Shown: positions 11,123 through 22,748, numbered from the stretch's first letter. The stretch is 31,083 bases of DNA from Octopus sinensis (GCF_006345805.1 NW_021832341.1:1-31083), one strand, 5' to 3'. Notes: generated from the letters alone by a model not told the origin. Made by a program: numbers and translations.

Positions 11123-11459
11123 ATATATTTTACATGTCTACGAAGTATGTAAAAAAAAACAAGAAAAAACATATCACGACTAAAATATTGTCCATCAAAA
11201 TAACAGACTGGTTCTGGCCATATTGGAGCAGCAGTGCCATAGAGGTGGTTCTACTGAATCAGTTTGGTTAGTTGAATAAGACGAAAGGAAGGAAAGTATA
11301 AGATGAAAGCCAGGCACGAAATGTGAAAGATGAAAGGGTTTTCAGAAAGGAAAAAAAGAAAACGAAATTAAATGAATTTTATAATTTGAAGAATTGTCTG
11401 CTGTTTTAAGTTCATAGATCGGAAAATATTTAGAAATTGGTACAGCTGCCACTTAATGC

Positions 11460-11460
11460 A

Positions 11461-11504
<44 letters not shown>

Positions 11505-11678
11505 AGTGAGATTGAGGCCTATTACTTCTATATTTCAAATTTAATTGGCACAAATTTTTTTTTACTTTTCTTTGATATGCATGTGATTGTGTGTGTATAT
11601 GCATGCAAATGTATGCATCCATGTGTGTGTGTGTATGTGTGTATATATGTACATAGACATATATTCACATATGCGTAC

Positions 11679-11714
<36 letters not shown>

Positions 11715-12035
11715 TTATGTGTACTTATATATATGAGTGCATGTGTATTTGTGTGTATGCCTGTATATGTGTATATATGTATGTGTGTATTAATTTACAT
11801 ATGTAAATACATGTAAACACACACACACATATATACATATCTCTATAATATGTATACATATGTATATGAGTATATATGTGTCTATGTATATACACTTGTA
11901 TGTATATATGTGTGCACATGCGTGTCTGCACATGCACGCATGTGTGTAATGTCTGTGTCAGTATATGTGTTTGGATATATATATGTGTGTGGATGTATAC
12001 ACACACACATACACAGACAGCATATGCACACACAA
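11460..12035. repeat. compound TG/TA microsatellite
   Basis: Direct inspection. Confidence 0.9.
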
Positions 12036-12079
12036 ACACCTCCATATAGAGAATTAATTTATAAACATAAACGAATATA

Positions 12080-12241
12080 GGCGCAGGAGTGGCTGTGTGG
12101 TAAGTAGCTTGCTAACCAACCACATGGTTCTGGGTTCAGTCCCACTGCGTGACATCTTGGGCAAGTGTCTTCTGCTATAGCCCCGGGCTGACCAATGCCT
12201 TGTGAGTGGATTTGTTGACAGAAACTGAAAGAAGCCTGTCG

Positions 12242-12278
<37 letters not shown>

Positions 12279-12493
12279 TTGTGTGTCTGTGTTTGTCCCC
12301 CTAGCATTGCTTGACAACTGATGCTGGTGTGTTTACGTCCCCGTCACTTAGCGGTTCGGCAAAAGAGACCGATAGAATAAGTACTGGGCTTACAAAGAAT
12401 AAGTCCCGGGGTCGATTTGCTCGACTAAAGGCGGTGCTCCAGCATGGCCACAGTCAAATTACTGAAACAAGTAAAAGAGTAAAGAGTAAAGAG
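12080..12493 (+). mobile_element. SINE family A, full length, best-preserved copy
   Basis: ggcgcaggagtggctgtgtggtaag head, ggttcagtccc B-box-like motif, cttgggcaagtg CORE-like motif, (gagtaaa)n tail. Confidence 0.95.
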
Positions 12494-13047
12494 AATAGAT
12501 CCATGGTAATTAAGAGTTCAATCAAGAACAGATAACTAAACTCCAGTTTGCTATTATATTTCACAAAATTCCAAATGATTCTGACTGTTGTGTGTCTACA
12601 TAATTAGCTAAAACAATCTTTAAGAGCAATATATTTAACAGAAAAGCATAAATTTCACTTTGCAGTTTACAGTTTGTGCTTGACAGCTGTTTCATTAAAA
12701 GGAGCATTTTGTACATTTGGTTTGTGTTTATCGAAATGAAAAAACTGCTGAGCATAAATTATGCACTAGGTGTGAAATTTATGCTTTTTTTGCCTTTTAT
12801 GATATGTTATAAAAAGCAAAAAAGTATAAATGCCAGGATTGGGAGGGTGGAGAAGAAAAAGGTACTGGGCGTCAATTTGTTTGAATGTAATGGCTGTAAT
12901 CTAATGACTGAAACAATTAAAAGCGAAGAAAAAATAAATAATGAGTGGAAATTGAACCGGTGGACTCTCCTTAGACACAATAAATTATGCTTCAAAGCAT
13001 GAATTCCCATAAAGAATCTTGCAAACCAAATACAAAAACGAAATATA

Positions 13048-13079
<32 letters not shown>

Positions 13080-13081
<2 letters not shown>

Positions 13082-13218
13082 GGTTGTCCCAAAAGTTCGT
13101 AGAAAGTCTTGGAAAATAATGGTTTTTATTTTGAGGAATAATTTTTGTTGTTTTTGTTAGTACTTGGCGAGTAAAAATTCAATTTTCGCAAGTGTTTACG
13201 AACTTTTGGGACAACCTA
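13080..13218. mobile_element. Tc1/mariner-type MITE
   Basis: Perfect 22-bp inverted termini taggttgtcccaaaagttcgta (13080-13101) / tacgaacttttgggacaaccta (13197-13218), sitting in a (TA)n tract. Confidence 0.9.
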
Positions 13219-14072
13219 ATATATACACATATACACACAGATAAATATATAATGTTTGGGTACTTGTGTATATATACATATGCACACACAAGCTTGCTTT
13301 ATATTGTGTGTATGTGTGTGGGTATCCATCCACCCAGTTGCTTGTATTAGAAACTTTCCTGAACCCCCCATGATAAGAAAATAGTTAAATATTTGACAAT
13401 TGAACTTTATAGACATAAAATATATAAACCTAAGTGTAATTCTGTGGTAAATATATGAGAAAATGGCTGGCATTACACACTCGGGGGACGTTATTAATTG
13501 GTTATTATCAGCTCATCTTAAATATAGTTTTCAATTTTACGAACATATAGATTATTAGTTTTTTTATTCAATAAACATGTATATCCATACATAGATGTAT
13601 GCATACATAAATACATACATAGTTACTTGTAGACACACCCATCATATGTGTGTATATATATATATATATATTATATATATATATATGCAGCATGGGTAAT
13701 AAAATCTCATTTAGGAATTATTCTATTTTGAAATGTTAGACTAAAACTTACTACACAGTATAATGTAGTTATATACTTTTGTACATTATATGAACTCTTG
13801 TATATACGTGTGTATGTTTTCATTTATATGCATATGTATATATACATACACACATGCACTCATACATATTTAGTACATATATTTAATATATAAATATCTT
13901 ATAATATAGATACAATACACTCTCCTCCATACACATAACCAATAATACAAATATATATTGTGTATATGTTTGTGTGAGTGTTATATGTTTGTATGTGTGG
14001 TTGTGATATATATGTGTGTTTGTGAGTATGTCTATATATATATATGTGTGTGTATGTATATATATTATATAT

Positions 14073-14127
<55 letters not shown>

Positions 14128-14254
14128 GACATGTGTGTGTATGTATGTATGTGCATAAATAACCCCTTTTACTGCATAGAAAGTTCGCAAGTTTCCTGCA
14201 ACATTTTGAAATAGAATTATTCCTAAATAAGATTACCATGATGCTTCTTTATGT

Positions 14255-14475
14255 ACAGCGTGAAAAGCACCCCTGCTGGCGCCACATAAAAAGCCCTCCT
14301 GTCACACAAGCAGTGTCGTTCTTGCTTTGCCAATATTCTGCAAGAACATTCCTGGACAGAATGAAATATCACTTTGCTTGCAAACGGATGAACGTTGGCA
14401 ACAGGAAGGGCAAATCTGTCTCAGACTCTGTCTGGGCTGTAAAAGCATGAAAAAGAGGGCATTAAAATGATGACA
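14255..14475 (+). mobile_element. family C-related fragment, degenerate
   Basis: gtgaaaagcacc...cgttggcaacaggaagggca...agcatgaaaaagagggcattaaaatgatga. Confidence 0.65.
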
Positions 14476-14644
14476 ATCATCTCTATCTCAGACAGACGGT
14501 GTCGTAATTACCACATGGCAATTAAAAGCTGCTCTGCATGAGGAAGTGAAATTATCTCACGACTCAGAGTTCGCCACAGTTTGCTTGCCATTGATAAAAG
14601 GACAGGTTCATTGTCTGGAGATAAGCGGACAGCTGTGGACAGGT

Positions 14645-14715
14645 GTGTATATCACCTTGCTTGGAAAGAGTTGAGGGTTGGTGACAGGAAGAACATCCAG
14701 CTATAAAAAAACTGC
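14645..14715 (+). mobile_element. family C-related internal fragment
   Basis: cttgcttggaaa...gggttggtgacaggaagaacatccagctataaaa. Confidence 0.55.
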
Positions 14716-14950
14716 CTTGGTTAATAATAATAATAATAATATCAATAATAATGATTTCGTTTTTGGAATTGGTTTGCAAGATTCTTTATATGAGTTCGTG
14801 TGTTGAAGTATATTCTGTTGTGTCTGGGGAGAGTCAGTTTCTTTTTGTGCCTTATTATGTAACACACTCACTGGTAAAATTTCCACTTTTTTCTTATTTT
14901 TTATATTTATTTTGTGTGTGTATGTATGTATGTATATATGTATGTGTGTG

Positions 14951-15008
14951 TCATCATCATCATCATCATCGTTTAACGTCCACTTTCCATGCTAGCATGG
15001 GTTGGACG
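14951..15008 (-). mobile_element. family C tail-only insertion
   Basis: (CAT)n-cgtttaacgtccactttccatgctagcatgggttggacg, near-identical to the reverse complement of 5545-5594. Confidence 0.85.
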
Positions 15009-15216
15009 TGTGTATATATATATATATATACACACACACATACATACACACATGTATTTTTATATACTCACAGTTTATATATGCACATTCATTTCTTTGC
15101 TATTAATTCTACATATGTGTGTGTATGTATGTATGTATATATATGTGTGTGTGTATATACATGCTTGTGTATGTGTACATATATATACACACGTGTATAT
15201 ATATATATATATATAA

Positions 15217-15253
<37 letters not shown>

Positions 15254-15345
15254 CATACATACATATATGTGTATGTATATATCTATATATATACATACAC
15301 GTGTGTGTTTGTGTGTATATATATATATATATACATACATATATA

Positions 15346-15376
<31 letters not shown>

Positions 15377-15411
15377 GTGTGTGTGTATATATATATATGT
15401 GTGTGTGAGTG

Positions 15412-15443
<32 letters not shown>

Positions 15444-15450
15444 ATGTAGG
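15009..15450. repeat. compound TA/TG/CA microsatellite
   Basis: Direct inspection. Confidence 0.95.
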
Positions 15451-15900
15451 GAGAGAGAGAGAGAGAAGGATGAGATAAATAGATTGTCTGCAGGTATATA
15501 CACGACATGTGGTTTCTAGCTGTAAGTGATTTTTCAGCAAAATATAAATATGTGCATTCTAAGTAGCAAAAGTTTTCTCAACTTGAAATATATATACACT
15601 CTGCCGAATTTATCTTGGAATATTCTCCTCTTTAAGCAAAAACCATGTAAAGTTACTAACATCCATGCATACATACATACGAGTGTGTGTATGTAACTAA
15701 TTCCTGCTTACTCATGGAAGTGTGTAGAATGTAGTGTATATGTATATATAGTGAAATATGTATGTATAATTTTGTGTTACTATTGTGATTTTAAAATCCT
15801 AATTAGGTGTATAATGCAAGATGAAAACCTGTGTTTAGCAGTTTTCTGAAAGGTAAAAAATAAAGAAATTATTTTTTTAATAAATAAAATAAAGAAATAA

Positions 15901-15901
<1 letters not shown>

Positions 15902-15972
<71 letters not shown>
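15902..15972. repeat. (TTA)n microsatellite
   Basis: Pure trinucleotide run. Confidence 0.95.
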
Positions 15973-15973
<1 letters not shown>

Positions 15974-16039
15974 TTTTTGTTTGCAAACAAAAATAAATTT
16001 CTGATGTTTCACTGCTGATCTCAGTAACTGTAAGACCTG

Positions 16040-16609
16040 CTTACACACGCATGTGTGTGAGTGTGCAATTTTGGTGCACCACACATTTACATACACACAT
16101 GCATGCATATTTACATACATTCTGATAGACAGTCACACACACACACACACTGTCACTTACACACACACGCTGTCACTTACACATACACACACACACACAT
16201 GGAGACACTCTCACACAGACATTCTTCACACATGCAAACACTCAGACATGCACACACACACTCTCTGTCACACACACATACACATTCTCTCATACAAACA
16301 CATTCTCACATGTGTGCACACACACACACAAACACACACACAGTCATACATGTGCACGCACCCACTGTCACACACACACACAAACTTGCACACTCTCACA
16401 TACAAACATATACATAATCACACATGCACGCACACACACACAGACACCACAACACACACACACACACACCACTCTGATACAAACACATACTCTTGCACAT
16501 GCGCATGCATACACACATACACACACTTGCACACACATACAAACATACACACTCACGCAAACAGTTGCACATGCACAAACACACACACTCTTACCATACA
16601 CATATATTG

Positions 16610-16652
<43 letters not shown>
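16040..16652. repeat. degenerate (CA)n-rich tract
   Basis: Direct inspection. Confidence 0.9.
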
Positions 16653-17009
16653 GATAAATAAATGAAAGGAAGAGAAAAAAGAAGTAATTTCTAAAAATGT
16701 AGAATTTCCTTGTTTCATGGCTTTAACTAGAATTTAGATAAATTTGATTTGATTTGTAATTTGAGAAAAGAGTCTTTCAATATCTTTTCGGAGCAGCAGG
16801 TAGAGGGAATCTTTCAAAGAAGTATGTTGTAATAAATTTCTAAGGTTTCCTTATCATACTTGTCAGTTTATTCTGAGATTATCTTGAAATATTTCTGCAT
16901 TAATACAGTTTATTTTTTTTTCCCTTCATCAGGTACAGCTTTCTGCATTTTCTATTTCTGATCTTAGTGGTTATAAGACTTCAAAAAATGACATCATCAT
17001 TAAGGTAGT

Positions 17010-17665
17010 AAAGTGTCGAGTTGGTGGGTGTTGGTAGATGTAGGTAGCGTGGAGTCGACGGATTTGACATATGTGGCCGAGTGTGGAGTAGACAGATGTG
17101 GCTGTCAAGTCTGGAGTTGACAGCTGTAGTAGAATGTGTGTGTGGTGGGGTTAACAGATGTCCTTGAGTCTGGAGTTGACAGCTGAGGTAGAATGTGTGT
17201 GTGGTGGGGTCAACAGATGTGATAGTGTGAAGTTGACAGGTGGAGTAGGATGTGGAGTTGACAAATGTGGTCAGGTGTGGAGATGACAGCTGTGGTAGAA
17301 TGTGAAGGATCAATAGATGAGACAGAGTGTGAAGTTGGAGTTGACAGATGTGGTAGAAGGTGGAGTTGACAGATGTGGTAGAGGTTGGAGTTGACAGATG
17401 TGGAAGAGGTTGGAGTTGACAGATGTGGTAGAGGGTGGAGTTGACGGATGTGGTAGAGGGTGGAGTTGACAATGTGCTAGAGGTTGGAGTTGACAGATGT
17501 GGTAGAGGGTGGAGTTGACGGATGTGGTAGAGGGTGGAGTTGACGGATGTGGTAGAGGGTGGAGTTGACAATGTGGTAGAGGTTGGAGTTGACAGATGTC
17601 GTAGGACGAGGAGCTGAAGGACATAGTAAGGTGTGGTGGAGTGGACAGAGTTGACAGATGTAGCA
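17010..17665. repeat. 25-bp G-rich minisatellite (GGAGTTGACAGATGTGGTAGAGGGT)
   Basis: ttgac at 17341, 17366, 17391 and onward; homogeneous at 17335-17600, degenerate at the flanks. Confidence 0.95.
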
Positions 17666-18314
17666 AAGTGTGAAGCTGATGGGGTTTGCAGCATGAAGTT
17701 GAGACAAGTGGTGGTGTCGGGGTCTAACGCAGCTATCTTTAAAAATCTGATCATCTATGTTGGAATTTCATTCCAAGCCATTAAATTCTTCAGAATTAAT
17801 AAAATAAGTATCAGATACACAGTTAAATCAGTTTAATCTAAACTCTTTCTCAATCACAACACAATTTCAATTTCAGTATAAGTAAAACCCCAAATGTGTG
17901 TATATTTGTATGTCTATCTTGGTTCTCCATTGAATTCTTACCATAATCAACCATGTTCTGAAAATATGGATAGAAATTGTTAACTGAATTAATTCTGTAG
18001 CTGTGTGTGTGTGTTGTTGTTGTTTTATGTAGAACCAGACAAGTGATAGAAACCTATCATTATAGGCCACAACTAAAGATATTTTCGAAAGATTGTGATG
18101 TTTTCCAAGGAAAATTGTAATTGTGTGTATTTTATTGAAAATGGAATTAATAAGAAAAATAAGTTTAATAAAATATATTTCTAAATTCCATCTATTTTGT
18201 AAGTGGTTCCATCTGAGATGATACGATTTGGAATTAAAACAATTTTGGTAGAGTCATTTTGTTTTCTTTTTAAAAGACCATACTTTGTTATATACATTTT
18301 CACAAAAAAAGGGC

Positions 18315-18530
18315 TTATATATATATATATATATATTATATATAAATAATACTATAATATATATATTATATAATATATATAATATATATATAATATAGAT
18401 ATAATATATATATATAATATATATATAATATATTATATAATATATATATATTATATATATCATATATAATATATATAATATATATATATATATATATAAT
18501 AATAATCGATAAATAATATATATATATATA

Positions 18531-18572
<42 letters not shown>

Positions 18573-18590
18573 AATATATATGTATAATTT
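18315..18590. repeat. (TA)n-rich tract
   Basis: Direct inspection. Confidence 0.95.
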
Positions 18591-18592
18591 AT

Positions 18593-18845
18593 GTGCAGGT
18601 GTGGCTGTATGATAAGAAGTTAGCTTCCCAAACACATGGTTCCAGGTTCAGTCCCACTGTGTAGCACCTTCGGCAAGTGTCTTCTATAATCTCAGGCTGA
18701 CCAAAGCCTTGTGAATGGATTTGATAGACAGAAACTAAAAGAAGCCCATCATATATACATATATCTATATCTGTGTGTGTGTGTGTGTTTGTGTCCACCA
18801 CCAATACTTTCAAACAGGTGTTGGTGTGTTTATGTCCCTGTAACA
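18593..18845 (+). mobile_element. SINE family A, 3'-truncated
   Basis: gtgcaggtgtggctgtatgataag...ggttcagtcccactg...gtgtttatgtccctgtaac. Confidence 0.9.
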
Positions 18846-18924
18846 AAACACCCATGTTTCCAAAGGTGATTTACTTAAATCCCAAACAACTCCTCTTCCC
18901 CTCTACCCCTGATTATTATTATTA

Positions 18925-19090
18925 AGGCACTGAGCTGGCAGACTCATTAATAAGCCAGGCAAGATGCTTCATGGCGTTTTGTCCGCCTTTATGTTCTGGG
19001 TTCAAATTCTACCTGTCATCCTTTTGGGGTCAATAAATTAAGTACTAGTTGAACACTTCCAGGCCTTGTGCCTTCTAATAGAAAGGGTTA
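18925..19090 (+). mobile_element. SINE family B (Nin-like domain), tail type 2
   Basis: ggcactgagctggcag...gggttcaaattc...tcatccttttggggtcaataaattaagtac...tagaaagg, flanked by (TTA)n. Confidence 0.85.
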
Positions 19091-19116
19091 CTTATATTAT
19101 TATTATTATTATTATA

Positions 19117-19544
19117 TTCCCTTCTTTCTTCAAATTTTCTTCCATTTCTTGCCGAATTTTTTCTGTACACCTAGGGCAGAGAAGCTCATTGTATGCATTC
19201 TCAGATTACACACGCAAATTCGCAGGTAAAATATGTATTTAAAAAAATGAATAAATAAATAAATTCATGAATGGGTGTTGTTTTCACAGCGATAATGCTC
19301 TTCTCAGTACATGAGTCATTCCAGTTAACACGATTTTTTGCACTTCCTGTAGGGATGGTAAGCCTGGTATCATTTTCAAATAGGTTTCAGTACCTTTTTT
19401 TATCATTCCTAGAGATCCTACAATCACTGGTACTGTAGTCACCTTGAGATGCCACATTTCTTCAATTTCTATTAGCAAGTCCTTATATTTAACGATCTTG
19501 TCAAATTCTTTCACCTCTATATTGTGATTGCAAGGAATACTCAA
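19117..19544 (-). mobile_element. 5'-truncated Dong/R4-clade non-LTR retrotransposon (RLE C-terminus plus 3' UTR)
   Basis: ORF 19284-19544 reads SIPCNHNIEVKEFDKIVKYKDL..EIEEMW..VPVIVGSLG..QKIVLTG..HVLRRAL, matching the R4/Dong RLE C-terminal pattern (IPxDxN..KExEK..KY.DL..E...W..VP...GALG..LQK..LLGT..ILR); (TAA)n on both sides. Confidence 0.85.
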
Positions 19545-19617
19545 TTATTATCATTATTATTATTATTATTATTATTATTAATATTATTATTATTATTATT
19601 ACTATTATTATTATTAA

Positions 19618-19838
19618 GGCAGTGAGCTGGCGGAATTGGGAGCATGTCAGACAAAATGCTTAGTGGCATTTCATCCTTCTTTACATTCTGAGTTCAAATT
19701 CCGCTGAGGCCAACTTTGCCTTTCATCCTTTTGGGGTCAATAAAGCACCTATGAAGGACTGGGGTCAATGTAATTGGCTACTCCCCTACCCCAAAATTTC
19801 ATGCCTTGTACCTATAGTAGAAAGGATTATTATTATTA
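19618..19838 (+). mobile_element. SINE family B, full length, tail type 2 with (TTA)n
   Basis: ggcagtgagctggcggaa...gagttcaaattcc...ctttgcctttcatccttttggggtcaataa...tagaaaggattattatt. Confidence 0.9.
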
Positions 19839-19999
19839 CTATATACCTGTAAAGGCCTTCTATCTGAAATTTATGGCATAATGGAATGTTTTTGAATTGC
19901 TTATGCAATGTACTCTGTATTTAGACTAATAATCCAGTTCATTTAAAAGCAAGTTCCCTTCTAGGATGGCTTGTCTAATATTACATATTTAAGAGCTGG

Positions 20000-20425
20000 C
20001 AACTCCCCACCCCCACCAGCCTACCTCAAGTCTCAACCTTCATCAACACCTCCACAATCAGCATCACCATCATCACAATCAGCACCCACCCACTTTACTA
20101 TTGGCTACCATCACCACCATCACCACCTGTGCCACCTTTATCACCCACCTTTTCCCTCTCCCTCTAGAACGCTCCTCCCCCAGCATCATCCAGCATCACC
20201 CACCATCTGTAACCACTCCCAAACACCATCACCACCTCTATCATCATCACTCCTAACACACACACCACAATCGTGAGCCCCTCCCTCAAACCCTCCATTC
20301 TCATCACCCCAAACACCCACCACCACCACCACCACTATTACCATCACTTCTAACATACACCACAATCACAACCACCCCCATAGAACACTTGACCCTCATC
20401 ACCACCAACACCCCCTCCACCCTAA
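20000..20425. repeat. C/A-rich low-complexity (CAC/CAT) tract
   Basis: Direct inspection. Confidence 0.8.
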
Positions 20426-20899
20426 CAAATATCTACACAGCCAACGCAAATGTTGCACCAAGAACTTCTCTAGGCATACATTCCGGCTGCTTAAATTCTT
20501 CCAACACCAATTAGACTTTTTAGTATGGAACCATCTCCCTTCATTGCCACCGTCGTCGTCATTGTCTTTGTTGTTGTTGTTGTTCCTGCTGGTGTTCATA
20601 ACGAGGAGCCGTTAATTAAACATTGCTCTTATTAATAATAGTCCTGCTTCTCTGGGGAGATAAAGATAGGGAGACCCAGTTTCATTCAATCAGAAGTTTT
20701 TCTTGGCTCCGGCTACAAGAAAAGGAATAAAAAATATATATATATGAAAAAAAAAAAATGAAGGCTAAGAAGCAAGGCATTATGGGTGAGCATCAGTCTG
20801 CTTCGTTAATTACTCACTAATTTTCATATCCTGAAATTAATCGTAAAATAAATAAACAGGTTAATTTGTTTCCATTTTCATTTTTAATCATATTGCACT

Positions 20900-21475
20900 T
20901 ATATGTGTATGTGTGTGTATATATATATTATATATATATATATATTATATTTTGTGTTATATATACATACATATATTATATATATACATATATTTGTGTA
21001 TATACATATATATATATATATATATAATATATATATATATTTGTGTATACTATTATACATACATATATATATATACATATATTTGTGTATATACATATAT
21101 ATATATTATATAATATTTGTGTACATACATATATATACATATATTTGTGTATATATATACATATATAATATATATATATATATAATATATACTACACAAA
21201 TATATATATATATATATATCATCATCATCATCATCATTTAGCATGGAAAACGGACGCTAATGATGATGATGATGATGATGATATATATATATAATATATA
21301 TTTGTGTATATATATACATATATTTGTGTGTGTATATATAATATATATATATACATATATTTGGGTGTGTATATATATATATATAATATATATATATATA
21401 TACATATATTTGTGTGTATATAATATATAACATATATGGTGTATATATATACATCCATATATATATATATGTATG
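20900..21475. repeat. compound TA tract with recurring catatatttgtgtata units
   Basis: Direct inspection. Confidence 0.9.
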
Positions 21476-21599
21476 TACCTTAAACATATGATTGAAATTT
21501 ATAAGACTGAATAAGATTACCATTTCACAGAATATTAACTTAATCTTTGGGATGTATATATTTATAGTATTTATATTTACGCCTCTTCTAAACAGTGGA

Positions 21600-21770
21600 A
21601 TTTTTGCCATAATTACGTGGACACTAGATTGCAATCAGTTGCTTGCCTCTCTGACCAACATCTTGATGTCTTGAAACCAATCTTTGATTTGCTCTGGTCT
21701 TAGGTCATCATCAAGTGTCTATTTCTGGCCGCGTACATCGTTGCCAGTCTTGACATTTTCAAAATTAAAA
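21600..21770 (-). pseudogene. possible decayed mariner transposase N-terminal fragment
   Basis: Minus frame FENVKTGNDVRGQK*TLDDDLRPEQIKDWFQDIKMLVREASN*LQSSVHVIM loosely resembles the mariner 'G..SLEDDPRSGRP...TVRE.A' linker. Confidence 0.25.
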
Positions 21771-21899
21771 TATCTGATGACAATTTAAGAGCAAGCCATA
21801 AATTGTGTGTGTGTGTGTGTGTATATACGAACAATATGTCTCTGTTGGACTTGGCTCTATCATCGTCATCATCATCATCTTCAAAGTGTATCTCTTCAC

Positions 21900-22062
21900 C
21901 TTTTATCTTTCTCTTGTTGCAGTCATTAGACTGCGACCATGTTGGAGCATGGCACCGAATTGAAGAAGTTTTAGTCGAATGAATCGACCTTAGTACTTAC
22001 TTTTAAAGCCTGGAACTGATTCTATCTGTCTCTTTTTGCCAAACCGCTCAGTTAAGGGGGCA
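21900..22062 (-). mobile_element. SINE family A 3' part
   Basis: cagtcattagactgcgaccatgttggagca...ttctatctgtctctttttgccaaaccgct. Confidence 0.85.
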
Positions 22063-22400
22063 TTCAGACCCGCTGTGCAGCACCTTGAGCAAGTGTCTTC
22101 TACTATAGCCTTGTGAGTGGATTTTGTAGATGGAAACTGAATATTGTCTGTCGTGTGTATATGTATGTGTATGTATTTATGTGTGCATATTTGTGTTTGT
22201 CCCCCCACTGCTTGCTATCGTTTGACAACCAATGTTGGTGTGTTTATGTCCCTGTAACTTAGTGGTTTGGCAAAAGAGACTGATAGAATAAGTTCTAGGA
22301 TTACAAAGAATAAGTCCTGGGAGTCAATTTCTACGACTAAAGCTCTTTCAGGTGGCACTCCAGCATGGCCACAGTTAAATGACTGAAAAGAGTAACAGAA
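22063..22400 (+). mobile_element. SINE family A lacking most of the head
   Basis: caccttgagcaagtgtcttctactatagcc...ccagcatggccacagttaaatgactgaaa. Confidence 0.9.
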
Positions 22401-22589
22401 AAAAAAGAAAAAGCATGTGAGTATGTGTATATATATATATGTGTGAGCTTGTGCATGCATGTATAATGTATGTGTGTGAGTGCATGTATGTGTTTGTGTG
22501 TGTCCTTGTTTAGCCATCATGTATTGGTTGTAAATGAACATCACTGTCATATAAGTGGGGTTGTTTGCTGTGTGTGTATGTATGTGTGC

Positions 22590-22748
22590 ATGGTATGTTT
22601 GTCTTGTAACCTAGTGGTTTAACAAAAGAGATCGATAGAACAAGTACCAGCCCCCTTAAAAAAATCATAAAAGCTGGGATCAATTTATTCGACATGGGCT
22701 CCAGCATGGTCGCAATCAAATGACTTTAAGCAAGTACAAGATAGAAGA
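22590..22748 (+). mobile_element. SINE family A 3' part
   Basis: gtaacctagtggtttaacaaaagagatcgatagaacaagtac...ctccagcatggtcgcaatcaaatgact. Confidence 0.8.

Noticed and set aside
14751-15540. Long Y/I/C/V/H/T-rich ORFs here and at 1913-2385, 16053-16718, 20899-21634, 26555-27289 and 28814-29570
   Set aside because: Translations of TA/TG/CA microsatellites, open in several frames on both strands
16981-17754. 257-aa mucin-like ORF on the minus strand
   Set aside because: Product of a 25-bp repeat (not a multiple of 3); the same peptides cycle through all frames
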